Assembly (NCBI GenBank): GCA_002189035.1
Contig: NEEC01000020.1
Coordinates: forward strand, 1,054,001-1,118,000
DNA from: Utricularia gibba
Taxonomy: Eukaryota; Plantae; Magnoliophyta
Direction: 5' to 3'
Length of the DNA stretch: 64,000 nt
The position numbers and the translations under genes were made by a program. The notes under the pieces are model-generated. The model made no database searches, was not told the origin of the DNA, and was given only the letters and a program-made list of their open reading frames with translations. How positions within the stretch are numbered: the first letter of the stretch is position 1; each line of letters starts with the position of its first letter. This document shows positions 12,330-31,164 of the stretch, piece by piece.

Positions 12330-13737
12330 TGATAAACAGAAATTTTAGCATATCGTTGCAATAAAATCAAACGTCCGTATTAAATACATTTATAAGCCCT
12401 AATCTACACAAAATACAAATTTAGAAAACTTGTATAGTGGATGTCGGGGTCGGTCACAAGAAGCTTGTGCTTGTCATGTATTTCAGCAGATACAGAATTT
12501 AAAGTAATGGTAAGTCTTAGTCTATGCTCGGACCAATAGTGATAAACAAGTTCGGTAAATAAGATCAGTAAACAATATCAAGTCTTAACGCTAAACTAAC
12601 TGGTGCTAGTTCTAACTCAAATAATACTAACGTGCCTTAAGGATCTACAGGTGGTGTGATGTCAAAATTCCTAATTTAATCTACCATGTTCCTATACTTA
12701 CAACTTCAAATAACCTAAGTCTACCCAAGTCATTCATCATATTTTCGGCCAAGCCAATCCTCCATATCATCACCAACCTTACAATTAGGTCTACCCGCAT
12801 GCAAAGCATATAGAACTAGGTCTACCCTATTCTACTGGTTCTACCCCAGACTAACATCTACTGCTCCTGTCTTGATTTCTTGGTCTACCTCTAAATCAAG
12901 CATCTAAGTTGTGAAGCTACTTATTCCCCTCCTTAGGTCTACCCATGGTTTGATAGAAGCAAGAGTTAAGGGACAATGGTGTATTTTATCAAGACTCCAA
13001 AACCCACACCACCATACTTCACCTTAAGACACTCCTAAGGTTTAGCTACTCATGCTTTGAAGGTAAAATGGAATAGCATTAACATAAAACAGCGAAAACG
13101 TTGACAACATCGTGCAAAAGTTGGTTACAAAAGCTAACAAAACATAAACAAACAAAAATAACGCAGTAAAAAGTCTGGTTTCCATCTGCTACTGTTCCTA
13201 AATTGGAATAGTAGCGTTGAACTGGGTCTTGATCTTCTTCCTTCAAGCTGGAGGTTCTTCTCTAGAAAAATCCCCTTTTCTTCCTCCTTCTCCTTTCGTG
13301 TTCTTCGTGTTCGAGTTGGGGGGAAACCCCCTCATGTGTGCTCTCTGAAAATTCTCGGTTGTCCCCTTTTTGCCACTCTCTCTCCTCATCTTTATCTTAC
13401 CTCCCACTGCCCAAGGCAAGTGCATTCTCTGACAGATCTGCTGCTCCTGGCCCTGACTTGCAAACTGTCGCCGTGACAGTGTACTCATTGCCCCCCTGCA
13501 ATTTGGTGACTTGCACGAAATCCAGATTTTTCCTTGATTCTTGGGTTGCTGCTAGACTTCAAAATCGGGTTAGACATGAGGTGGACTAAATCAAAGGATT
13601 TAGCCCACTAATCACATCAAAAATTACATTTTCTTGAATTTTCATAAAAACATTTAAAACTATAAAATGAACACTTAATCATAATTAAAAATTTATGATT
13701 TTTCATACCTTAAAACATGAAAATTTGTGTGCTATCA
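12330..13737 (-). mobile_element. Solo LTR B (1408 bp; same family as A), inserted in the right TIR of the MULE
   Basis: On the minus strand starts TGATAGCAC and ends GTTTATCA; TSD aacac/agcac (1 mismatch); colinear with LTR A over its full length. Confidence 0.88.
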
Positions 13738-13879
13738 AGCACTAAAGAATAAAGTTGGTCATGTTTTGAAATTCTCACTTGAATACTTGGTGAAAGAAGG
13801 AATTTGTTCCCTAGCATTCGATATAGTTAAGAGATGAATTTAGCATTCTTGTACTTTTATTTGCAATAGAAATGATTCG

Positions 13880-16800
13880 TAGAAGGGAACCAAGTCTTTC
13901 TGCTCAACTGCATTATCCTAGAGATAGCATCTTGTGTACATTGAGCATAAACTACAATGGTATGATGTTTCATACTCCATTTAGATGTTGCATCGGTAGC
14001 AATCATGTTTTATTATTTTATGATTTGTGGATGTAGTGGAGTTAGTGGAAGGTTTAGGGTGCTTACATGATCAGAAATATAATCTATGGTTTGAGTATGG
14101 AGAGTGTCTAGATATACATTGTGAATTGTTAACTTCTAATAACCTATTGCGGCATTGGAGCAACCATGTTGCCACTTAATTGATAGTTTGAGGTGTTTAT
14201 GGAGTGTTCGCTGAATGATAAATAGAATATGCTTGGAGGATTTTTCACAAAAAATGTAAAGCATGGTAGTAATGAAGATGTAGCAGCTACCTGTAAGGGA
14301 GAGTGTGGTCATGAAGATGGAGAAGATGTAGTTATTGTATGATTTTGACTATGAAATTCTTCCTAATTATAATGACAATGATAAAACCATCAATCATATA
14401 GAGATGGCTATTGAGGTAGTAGGAGCTGGTATTTTATTAGGCAATATAGATGATAACACATATTTTTGAGTGGCTCAATGCATGGAATTTACTCATTTTG
14501 TGCTACAAAAATTAAGCTTTATTGCCTAGTTTTATATTTTTGCACATAAGTACTGTAGTAGTGCAAATTTAGTCTTAATTGGGACTAAATTGCAGATTTA
14601 ATCCCAACCTTCTAATAGTTTCCTTCGAGCAATGCAGCACAGGTCGCAACACAAATCCCAAGGAGCCGAATATGAACAGTGTAGTGGTAGAGAAGGTGGC
14701 AAAAGTCTGAAAAAAAGTACACACAAAGTCTAAGGAGGAGAAAAAGTGAGATTTTGGACAAAAAGGGAGAGAAGATGAGAGAGAAGACAAATCTCCCCAT
14801 TGGAGACTCTCGAACAAATTTCTGGGGAATGTTTCTGGGGGAGGAAGAAGGAGGAAGACGAACAGGAACTAAGCTGATACTTGAAGAATATTTTCTGTTT
14901 TCCAAGGATTATTACTCTTAGCTAAGATTAGCTTGTGACAGTTCCAGTTTTTTGTTGAACTTATAAGTTTCCAGCTTGTTTATTTTCTGGTTGTAGACTG
15001 AACGATGAGTACATTGTGGATGATGTTTTCTTTTCTATTTTCGTTTGCTTCAAGTATGAGTGGCTAAGTACTTAGGGGGGTGCCTTGGGGTGAAAAGAAG
15101 AGAAATATGCTAATCAATCTTTAGACCTAAACAGCCATAAATTATGTCACTTCCTTAACAAACCAAGATAGATCCAAGAGGCGAAAGTAGTGAAACCCAG
15201 TTCAACAACCTTAATTAGAGGTGGACCAAAGATTAGGGGGAAAAACAAGAGTTCGGGTAGACCTAAACCTTGTGAGTTAGTTGTATGATTTGTGGTCTGT
15301 GTGAACTTGCTTAGTGATGAGCATACATCCCCTAGGAGTCCTAAGGCATCATCTATTTCATTCCAGAAATAACCGAGCTCCAGAAATTATTATTTTTCTT
15401 TATTGTAATTCTTTGTAATTCTGCCTTAGTCCTAGTTAAGACCAATTTACCAACGTGACACTGATTTCATGCTTTGACTAATCACTTGACAATCACCTGC
15501 TCTTCGTGTTCGACCCTAATCACTATGCTCATAATTGTTTTATGCAGATGATGGTCATGTTAGTAGTAGTGATAATGATTTATGAACTGAAAATGAAGAC
15601 AATGGGGAAGGTTTGCGAAATGATGATAACAGCAAACCTAGATATTTCAATCCTAAAATTAATGGAAAAATTCCAGATTTAGTATTGTATATGAAATTTC
15701 AGTCTTGGGAGCAAGCAACATAAACCATTAAGACTCATGCTTTCAAGTACGGAAAGGCAATAAAATTTACTCACATTGAGGCATTGCGGATTATTGATCA
15801 TTTGCACAACAAATCTAGATATTCAGTGTGATTGGCTAGTGTATATTACTAGAGGGAAAAATGAGGACCCTTGGATTCTTAGATGCCATGAAGATAAATA
15901 TCATTCTAAGTGTGGCTTGGCCAAAGTTAATAAAACAATTAAGCCTAGTTGAATGGTAAGGGCATATGTACAAAAGTTAAGGGAGATGCCCATACTGCCA
16001 AGGATTTCTAAGTATACTTGACAAAGAAGTTGAAGTGCCATGTTTCAAAATAGTAGGCTTTTATAGTTAGGAAAGCTACATTAAATATCATTAATGGACA
16101 TAGCCTAGAATAGTATAAATGGATTTATAGTTACTGTGCTGAGGTGAAACATTTTAATGAAGATGTGCATTTTGTTGTTTGTGTTGTTCCTGATGGTCAT
16201 GTAAATATAATGTTCCAAAGGTTATATTTTTGTTTTGGTACTTGGAAAGATAGTTTTTTACAAGGGTGTAAACCTCTTATTAGAGTAGATGGATCTTTTT
16301 TAAAAAGCCCTTTTCAAGTTCATTTATTGGCTGCGATAAGTTTATATGCTAACAACAACTTATTTCCAATTGCGTGGGCTACTATGGAGAGTGAAAACGA
16401 GCACAACTAGTCATGCTTCCTCAGGTTAATGTAAATTGATGTGAAGATGACAAAGGATAATGAATCAAATTTTAATTTTATTTTTTTACAAGGACAAGGG
16501 GCTTATAGTTGCATTTAGGAACACAATTCCAAGAGTAGTTAATAGATTTTGTATAATGCACTTTTGGACCAACATTAAGAAAGCTAGATTCAAAGATGTT
16601 GAGCTGAAGTGCAACACCATATTGAATAGCATGTCAGAATTTTTTAACGCATGGATCCCAGAAGCTAGAGACAAGTCCACAGTGTAGTTGTTTGAAACAA
16701 TTAGAACAATGGTTATTATGAGACTTTATGAAGCAAAAAAACTAGCAAAAAAAAATGGGAATTTGATGTTTGTTCTAGAATCAGATGCCTTCTACAAAAA

Positions 16801-17640
16801 AATATTGATAAGACCAAGAATTACATTACTAATCTTTGCATCAATGATAAATGGGAGGTCTTCTACTTAGATGATCAGGTCATAGTTAATCTTGAGAAAC
16901 ATAGTTGTGACTACAAGCATTGGGATTTGAATGGGATACTTTGTTCACATGCTGTGGTAGCTATGTGGGCAAGTGGGCAAGTAGGCAAGATCCTACTAGT
17001 TTTGTGGATGATTATTACAAAATTGATTTTTTTTAAGGCATGCGATTGGTACATCAATGGAGTTAAGTCAATACAATACTTGCCTAAGGTAGAAAAAGGA
17101 ATCTCCTATACTAAAGGAATAAAAAAGGATGCCCACCAAAGTTGAGGAAAAGATGTGCTGATGAGCCAATGTTTGGAAAAAAGTCAAAGAAAGCTAAAGG
17201 CATTCCAAGGATTAATCAATGCAAAACATGTGAGGTTGCTTGCCACAACTCATGAACTTGCTCAAAAAATAAATCATAACTCATAAGCACTAGCGGCGAG
17301 CACAACATCATCAAGTGTAAACAACACTCAACCGATTGGGAATGAAGTTGAAGATGTTCATGGAGAGGCTGAAATTCCCTTACAACATGAGCTTGATCAT
17401 GGATAAGTTATGTAGACAGAAGCAAATGATGGAGCTGCTGGACATGATGTGCAATCACAACCTGATTCAATTGAGAATGTGAAAATTGACATTAGTGAAA
17501 CACTTGTCACTATGAAGTTCAATGTCATAGAGTTTCCAATAAACATCTTTGGTGGATAAGCAAGTATCCAAATCTCAAATTTGAGCAACACATTCACATT
17601 TTCTAATGGAAACAATAATGAAGTAGGTATTTAATAGCCT
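13880..17640 (+). mobile_element. Second decayed MULE/MuDR transposase, interrupted by solo LTR C
   Basis: DLVLYMKFQSWEQAT*TIKTHAFKYGKAIKF (MuDR N-terminal), FQRLYFCFGTWKDSFLQGCKPLIRVDGSFLKSPFQVHLLAAISLYANNNLFPIAWATMESEN (DDE domain), VNLEKHSCDYKHWDLNGILCSHAVVAM (SWIM) and CKTCEVACHNS*TC (zinc knuckle). Ends are approximate; no TIR found. Confidence 0.8.
14451..15546 (+). mobile_element. Solo LTR C (about 1.1 kb), related to LTRs A and B
   Basis: Starts TGATAACACA and ends TTTTATGCA; shares the gggactaaat hairpin, gggtagacc and ttcgtgttcgaccc motifs with A/B. A gatga direct repeat lies at both junctions (overlapping the left TGA), and removal restores GNIDDGHVSSS in the MULE frame. Confidence 0.7.
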
Positions 17641-18479
17641 TCATGTATTTCGTTTTTGATATTTACTTGTAATAATGTGATAAGTCATATCAACTTGTTG
17701 GTCTACTCTCTATTGATAGAGTATTAAGAGAGATCGAATCCTGATGAAACCTACACCTTGCATAGATATCCAAAAATGAAAACATACATGTTTCTTATTT
17801 TTTTTCTATGACAAATGGCCATAGTTGTTTAAACGTAGTGACATTAAGACAACAATTATCAATGACATTAACAACTTTCTTGGTGTGTTTTGCAGAAGGT
17901 GCATAGATGGTGTCTTAGCATTAAGAATTAATAACTTTTTGTTCATTGATTGCTTGGTCGTTAGAATGATTGTCACAGAAAATCTAACATAAGATTTGAT
18001 GATGCACTACAGCAAGATGCCCATATTTTCCCAGAAATATGTAATGATCCACGTGATAGCAATGTATAGTAGTTAAAACAACTATTTTTACTACTAATAA
18101 CACATGTTATAACTGCTTTTCTACATGTGCGCTACAAGTATCTTTCAAACATGGGAATGAGAGCAAAAAGATGCATGATTGCATTGTATTCTTTGGGCCA
18201 TAATAATTTAAGTGATAAATATAAGAGTATTAGAGAGTAAGCCATTCATATTGGTATTTGTTACAAATGTTCTAACCTTAGATATTGTGGCCTATAGTTT
18301 TGTGCATGCACTATTTAACCTATTGAAGCCTAATGAACCTTTGGGACTTACTACAAAATACCTTTACGTACACCTACTGTGCCCAAGCAGTTGGGGGTAG
18401 TGAATGTGGTTATTTCTTATTATACTACATCAAGTTGTTTTTGCTGTTTGCATTGGAAACTTATGAGCTAAAAGGATCA

Positions 18480-20073
18480 CCTTAGTTTATAAGTTAACAG
18501 TCTATATGTTATTGCCACTTCTGGTAGTCGATGTTATTATAATATGGTATACATGTGTAGATGAAGAAAAATGGGTTCAAGCAACTTGAGGTTCAGAAAT
18601 TTGCAAGGGAGATTGGCGCATTTCAAGACGTGTGAATGAATCATCACAATCTTTTAAATGCATGAACTATCATGAATTAGATTATATAGATGTTAACTTG
18701 AATTTGCTTTCAGGTGGTGTAAGATATTCCTATTTTGTATAGTCATTATTTTGTTAGTTAAAACATGCTGTTTCAATGCTTAAGAACTCACCAAAAAAAG
18801 TTATTCATTACAATTGAACTGTACAACTCACACAACCTCCTACCTAAACTTCATACAAAAATCTCAAATTGTAAACTTTTTGGCAGGCTGGAAATAACTA
18901 GGAATGTAACATAATCCTCAGCTGAACATTAGTTGATATCACCTTGTTGCAATTTTTATATCTTGCTATATCATTTAAATTCACTCATACATCGATATAA
19001 TTGCCATCTATGACTCTAACACAATTTTTCACATAAACAATATAATGAGAGCCATGTAAATCATAATACATTATAATCACAATACCACCAAATTTTTTTT
19101 TTTAAAAATATGGTACTTTAAAGTATTTTGAATCCTCTAAATGATATGCATTTACCTACACTAGTTGGCTTTTCCAATAAGACATCATGAAGATAGAGAC
19201 TATATCTAGCACCTATTGAAAAAAGACCCCCACACACTTTCGATACTTCTCCTAAATGTATGCTTTTGGATTAATATTTTTTTATGATGACCTAACATTC
19301 TTAAGAACATGATTATCATCTCCAATATGCTGATATATTTCATAGCTTTGAAACCCGTATGATTTTCCAAAAGGCCACATAATATATCAAAATCATTTAT
19401 GCTAATTCTCAAGATTTTTATCTCAACCCTAAAACACTTATTAATGTAATTCACTTTTTTAGAAATTTTATGTGTGAGTGAATGTTTGTCTCCTCCTATA
19501 TACATCATATAACATTTTTATGATAAATATACAATAGATTCATATTATATAAGTACTCCATTAACACACCAGTCATCAACCCAAAAAATATATCATTCCC
19601 TTAAAAAATTCATATCGCCCACTCAACAAATAGAATCATTAACAAAAATACATTAAACAGATTCCATCAAACAAAACCAATTGAAAATCAATAAAGAACA
19701 AAAACTCAAGCAATAGAATGTGTTGAGGGTCCCCGAAAACCCAACCCAAATTAAATGGTGGAATGACATATAAAGAAGTCTTGCATACTAGAGGACAACT
19801 GTAATGCTCCAAACTCCCAATGACGCTGTGAAATGATAGAAGTCTTTTAGCTTCAATTCAAATTTCAGGAAGGGCAAAAAAGGAAGAAGAGGGTTGTGTT
19901 TAAATAAACTTACACTCCCACTCCCACTTTCTAGGTTTATGTAACTTGATTTCCATAAACTCATAGGGATCAGGTGGTTATATTTTTATCTACTGGAAAC
20001 CCTAAATCAAATATGAGTTTATAACTAAATTCAGTTCTTAACTCATGAAAAACTCCTAACTAAACATAGTCCC
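18480..20073 (-). mobile_element. PIF/Harbinger transposase remnant
   Basis: Minus-strand fragments LRISINDFDILCGLLENHTGFKAMKYISILEMIIMFLRMLGHHKK, CVRVIDGNYIDV (C.GAIDGTHI-like) and KVISTNVQ; a TIR-like end ctaaacatagtccc at 20060-20073. The left end was not found. Confidence 0.7.
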
Positions 20074-20676
20074 AATATATGATTATGATTATGGTTAATA
20101 TCATTTTTTGTACCCATATAATACTGTTTTTCATTGTTTATCTCTTTATTTTTTCTTACAAAAATAATTCTTTTTTTTCACCTAAAATATCATTTATATT
20201 TTCCAAGTTTACCCTTCAAGTGATGCTATGGGCACATGCCCACTTGATGTTTGTTAAATTTTAGAGTTTACCAACCAGAGTTAATCATTTGTAAGTTATT
20301 TTGGATAGATTTTAAATGTATGGATATATTGTATCAAATTCTCCAGACTTAATCATCCTTGTCTATTTTCAATTTCTTATGGATGCAAAAACAAGTGGAA
20401 AAAAAGGTAAAAAATTGATCTCAAACAATAATTAAATTAGTTAACCACGACGATGACTCCATCGAAAAACACTCATTAGAAGATGAATGATATTTTAGAT
20501 GAAGAAGGATGGCCATTTCTGCAACAAAAAAATAAAAAAGATTAAGAATGAAAAAACGGTATTATATGGATACAAAAAATAATATTAACCATTATGATTA
20601 AATATGAATGAATAATCAGTAATACACTTCTACTCCCATAAAAGTACGTTAAAAGAACACAATCGGCGGAGAAAAT

Positions 20677-27182
<6,506 letters not shown>

Positions 27183-27717
27183 GAGTAGCAGCCGTCCTGT
27201 TTCTCTGCAAATAATTTTTTTAGACGGAGGTTTCTTTTAGCAATCGGTAGGAAGAGACCGGCAGTGTTTCACACAGTTATCAACTTGCCTTAAATTGTGA
27301 AAGTTCACAGGACAATGTTATTGAAAGTTGTCCTGGACACTGCTTTTAGGGCACCTTAGACACTATGATACCAATGGTAGCTCCATCTACAAAAAGTTTG
27401 AAATTGAATATTAAAAACAATCACTACAGAGATTCATTGTTTGGTTCATGGTGCAGCAGCATATTTATAATGCATCAATCCAGTTCAATCCTGCTACTGC
27501 TTTATACAGTTTACTGGAATCAGTGAGTCGGGTTTACCCGTTCATTCTTTCACCTTGAGACCCCAGTAGTGAGCTGCAGCTGCTGCTGTTGTGATGTGGA
27601 GAACAGAGGATAAAGATAAAAGTCTCTTTCTACAACATTCCTTTGGATGCACTTCAGTCATGTATTCAATCCATCCAGCCTTTGAGCATACCTACCAGAA
27701 TGATTCTCATGGCACAA

Positions 27718-29278
27718 CTAGCTGACGCCAGGGAGGGCTTCCAAACCAGATTCCGTTTCAATCCAAGTGAATGCGGTTCCTTTTGATATGCCTCTCTCCT
27801 TCATCAGCTCCCTCAATTGGCTTACGTTGTCCCATCTTCCAGCATCAGCTAATGCATTCGAAAGAGTCACATACGGCCCAGACATCCGCTTATTTTCCTT
27901 CCGTGGCCTCAAAAGCTGGCTAGCTGCTATTTCAGCGAGCTCCACTTCACCGTGCAGTTTACAACAACTCAGCAAAGTTGTCCAAACATCAGCATTCGGA
28001 TTTTCGGGCATTTGAACCACAAATTCGAACGCCTGTTGAAGTTTTCCTGCTCGACCAAGCAGATCCACCATACAAGCGTAATGCTCCATCCTTGGTTTAA
28101 TGATATAATCTCTTTCCATGCTATAAAATATTTCCTGTCCTCTAGCTACAAGTCCGGCATGCACACAAGCGGAGAGTGCACCCAGAAATGTCACGTAGTT
28201 TGGTTGAGTATTAGACTGCCTCAACATTATCTCAAACAAATGCAGCGCCTCATATGGACATCCATTCTTACCATAACCATCTATCATTGAAGTCCAAGTG
28301 AACACATTTCTCTGAGGCATGTGGTTGAATATGCGCCTTGCATCATCTGTTCGACCACACTTCGAGTACATGTCAACCAAAGCGCTGCCCATCTTTATAT
28401 CTGTGAAAAACTCAGTTTTCATTAGTTGTCCTTGCAGCTGCTGGCCAACTTCAAAAGCTGATAACAGAGAACATGCTCCAATGACGCTTGCATATGTTGA
28501 TATGGTTGGATGGTAATCATGACGTTGCATGTCAACATACATCTCTATGGCCTCGTTCGCAGTTTCAACTGACTTGCTATATCCTTCAATCATCGCATTA
28601 TAAACTACCACATCCTTATCAAAGGTTCTTGAAAAAACATCTTCCGCTTCCTCCACAAGGCCTCGGTCCATGTACCCTGTTATCATCGATGTTGCACTAA
28701 TTACATTCTGAGCCAACATCAAATCGAACACTTTCCTAGCATATGCTAAGCTGCAATTTTTCACATACGAATCAACCAACGCAGTGTAAAGCACGTCATC
28801 ACCTCAACGTCATTTTTCAATATCTGGGCGTGAACTGCTCTCCCACAAGTCCCGTACACGCCCTGAAGTTGAGGCCTTCAGTATCATCGAGTAAGTGTAG
28901 CCATCAGGCTTTTCTCCCGAAACATGAAGTTCCCTGACCAAGTCAAAGGATTTTTCGACATGCCCATCTTTGACATATCCGGAAATCATGTAATTATAGG
29001 CCGAGAGTCTTCGCCTAGGCAATTCATCGAACACCCGGCGAGCATATGACAAATAAGACAACTTCAAGTAGAGTATGAGGAGTTTAGTGGAAATGTTGAC
29101 ATTCAACCTGACACCAGTTTTAATAATGTGCGAATGAATCTTCTGACCTTGGAAACGACTGTCTGAGTTAATGTAATCTTGTAGGTCGGACGCAAGAGAC
29201 GCCAAAGTCTGGGTTCCCCTCCCCATAAATTTTTGCACTGGGGAGGCAAAAAATCCTGCTCAATTTCGCATGTTTCAT
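27718..29278 (-). CDS. Pentatricopeptide repeat protein, PLS-E class, probably mitochondrial; reading frame broken at three points (recent pseudogene or assembly error)
   Basis: Intronless PPR repeats in ORFs 28810..29238 and 27718..28794 (e.g. VVYNAMIEGYSK, NVFTWTSMIDGYGKNG, PNYVTFLGALSACVHAGLV, EHYACMVDLLGRAG) and an E-domain (GPYVTLSNALADAGRWDNV). From memory it resembles Arabidopsis At1g28690. Candidate start ATG 29278 (MKHAKLSR) or in-frame ATG 29226. Confidence 0.85.
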
Positions 29279-29599
29279 GGAAACTAAACAGCAAAATGTG
29301 TTCTTCTCGGGGAGCAACTTGCAAATGCGCCCTAAAATCGCAGACAACTCATCCACAAATGAAGTGGTGCTACTTCGGAGATACAGGAGAAAAAGTATTT
29401 TGAGGATTTTAGACTGTGTTTGACAAGTATTTTTGTAAAATTAAGTGATTTAAAGGTAATTTTGTGGAGATCAAGGAATGAGACCAACATTGATGATCTA
29501 AAAAAATAATGAGAATCGAAAATTCTCACATCAAAAAGAAAATTTTACTAGAAATATGAAAAAAGTTCAATTAGGTTAGTCCACATAATTACAAGAACT

Positions 29600-30100
29600 T
29601 AGAGAACATTTACATTTTGTGGCATCATCAATCATGAGGCATCCGTCATGGTCGAGGTCTAGCATCGGATGATGATTGGGGCCATAGCCTTCTTTCAATG
29701 GATTAAGTCCATGGTGGATGCCTTGTCAGATCTTGCACCTGAGTATGTGGGGCTTGGAACCAATGCAGTAGGGGAGGCCCAAGTCAAAGGGATCTTCCTT
29801 GAAGTGGACCTAAAGAGAGTTGGGATCCCATTTACCATCCAATGGATAATGAACAAAGGCTTATTCATGTGAACAAGGGCATGTCCAATCTGGTGGTCAT
29901 GCGTCAAACCTTTGAATATCTAAAAAATATGAACACTAGTAGGGCTAGGGAGCCTATGGCTAAGCTAGAGGCCATAAAGAAGCTTAGTCAATGTAGAATG
30001 AAGGTGGGCTTCACCACCTTCAAGAACTACTTGACATATGAGGATGGTGGTTGTCAGATTTACTTGCAAAGGTAGATTTCATGAAATAGGTTGTGGAAGC
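29600..30100 (+). mobile_element. Possible ancient retroelement (Tat/Ogre-like gag) remnant that continues at 30673-30732 and 42750-42900
   Basis: After removing the MITE and the chromovirus, the flanks join to ...YTTPSPFKL*RIRESLTMVFEGLRKFNGEGNYCQHLCPFDIQM, weakly resembling the SPF..I....P..F..P.L.KYDG.GDP..HL gag motif. Confidence 0.3.
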
Positions 30101-30664
30101 TAGGGATGAAATTTAAAGTCCAAGCCCGTGGGCCAGCTCGGCCCGACCCTAAAAAACATCGGGCTTGGGCTTAAATATTGATGACCCGAAAACATATCGG
30201 GCTTTTTGGCCCGAAGCCCTAAGCCCTTGGGTCGATTGGGCTTCGGGCCATAAAGCCCGACGGGCCTAGGGCCAATTTAAAAACATACTTTTTATGTATA
30301 ATAAATTATAATTATATTTAATTTTGAATAATTTAAATTCATTATATATATATTATTTTATTTTTAAGATATATAATATAAATTAATAATTTATATAATG
30401 ATTTTAATTTTTTTTCTATGAATTATTTAAATAATATTAAAATGTATATTAATATTAATAATTTTTTAAAATTTTTTATTTATAATATGATAGGCCCGTG
30501 GGCCGGGTAGGGCCAGCCCAGCCCAATGGATACTCTGGCTAGGGCCATATGAATCATATTTTTATCTAATCGGGCTTTAGCCCGGTCCTAGCCCGAAACT
30601 TGGTGAAACCCGTTGAAATAGGGTCGGGCTAGCCAAGCCCGGCCCAGCCCAACTTTCATCTCTA
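30101..30664. mobile_element. Non-autonomous hAT (Ac/Ds-like) MITE, 564 bp
   Basis: 11-bp TIRs TAGGGATGAAA / TTTCATCTCTA (1 mismatch; the left one is the Ac/Ds TIR sequence), 8-bp TSD gtggaagc/gtggagac, GGGCC/GGCCC-rich subterminal regions and an AT-rich core. Confidence 0.85.
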
Positions 30665-30732
30665 GTGGAGACTTACTAGGTAGATGAGAAAAAGCAAAGG
30701 TTTTCATCAAGTATATATGTATACAACTCCTT

Positions 30733-31164
30733 TGTTATGTTATTGGGTTTTCAAATGGGTCACTAATTGAGAAGAATAAGAAAAAGGTGGGAATTCATTT
30801 AGATTATCTAGGATGGGAGGGGAGGTTACAAGCTTCTTCTTTTTACCTATGTTGAAAGAAGTATACAAGTCTGTGATTTTCTGAAAGCTACTACTATCGT
30901 TCGAATGCCTCCATATTTAAATCCTCCCTTCAAAAGGTAACTTCAGACTCGATAGCTAGGTTGGCTGATCTTCCTTCTTCTAGTCTAGACCTTATCTTGT
31001 AGGAAGCCATAATTGCTTAGCTTGTCTACTTCCTGAGGTGCTATCAACTTTGTTGGACTACTGGGCTGTGCCATTGCCTCTCCTATTTCCTGTTTGTGGT
31101 CCTTGTTGTTCTTGGTTGGGGTCAGAGTGATGTGGGTATTGTCGTGGCCACTAGTTTTATTACA
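30733..31164 (-). repeat. 3' LTR of gypsy element A (432 bp)
   Basis: Aligns with 35261..35409 plus 42475..42744; a degenerate polypurine-tract region lies at about 31165-31200. Confidence 0.85.

Larger units (their letters stand above)
7649..13776 (+). mobile_element. Mutator-like (MULE/MuDR) DNA transposon, decayed, with ~70-bp TIRs and two solo-LTR insertions
   Basis: Left TIR 7649..7718 (TAGAATTTCAAAACATGACCAACTTTGTCCTTTAGTGTTCAATC...) matches the reverse complement of 13738..13776 joined to 12294..12329. Transposase remnants: FFKDKTSMKKSLSYYYIMKLKKYFHVEKSN (8640-8888), KISYKLG (10500), YRPVITIDGTHLYVGYRYHLLITCTFDGDRTIIPLAF (MULE DDE domain, 10746-11132) and SWIM finger LTCICKK*QQKAIPCLH (11660-11715). 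No TSD recognised. Confidence 0.85.

Noticed and set aside
28803-28859. A 57-nt in-frame GT-AG intron that would remove the PPR stop codons
   Set aside because: Very short, purine-rich, lacks a pyrimidine tract, and would delete a conserved PPR helix (VHAQILK); indels explain the region better.
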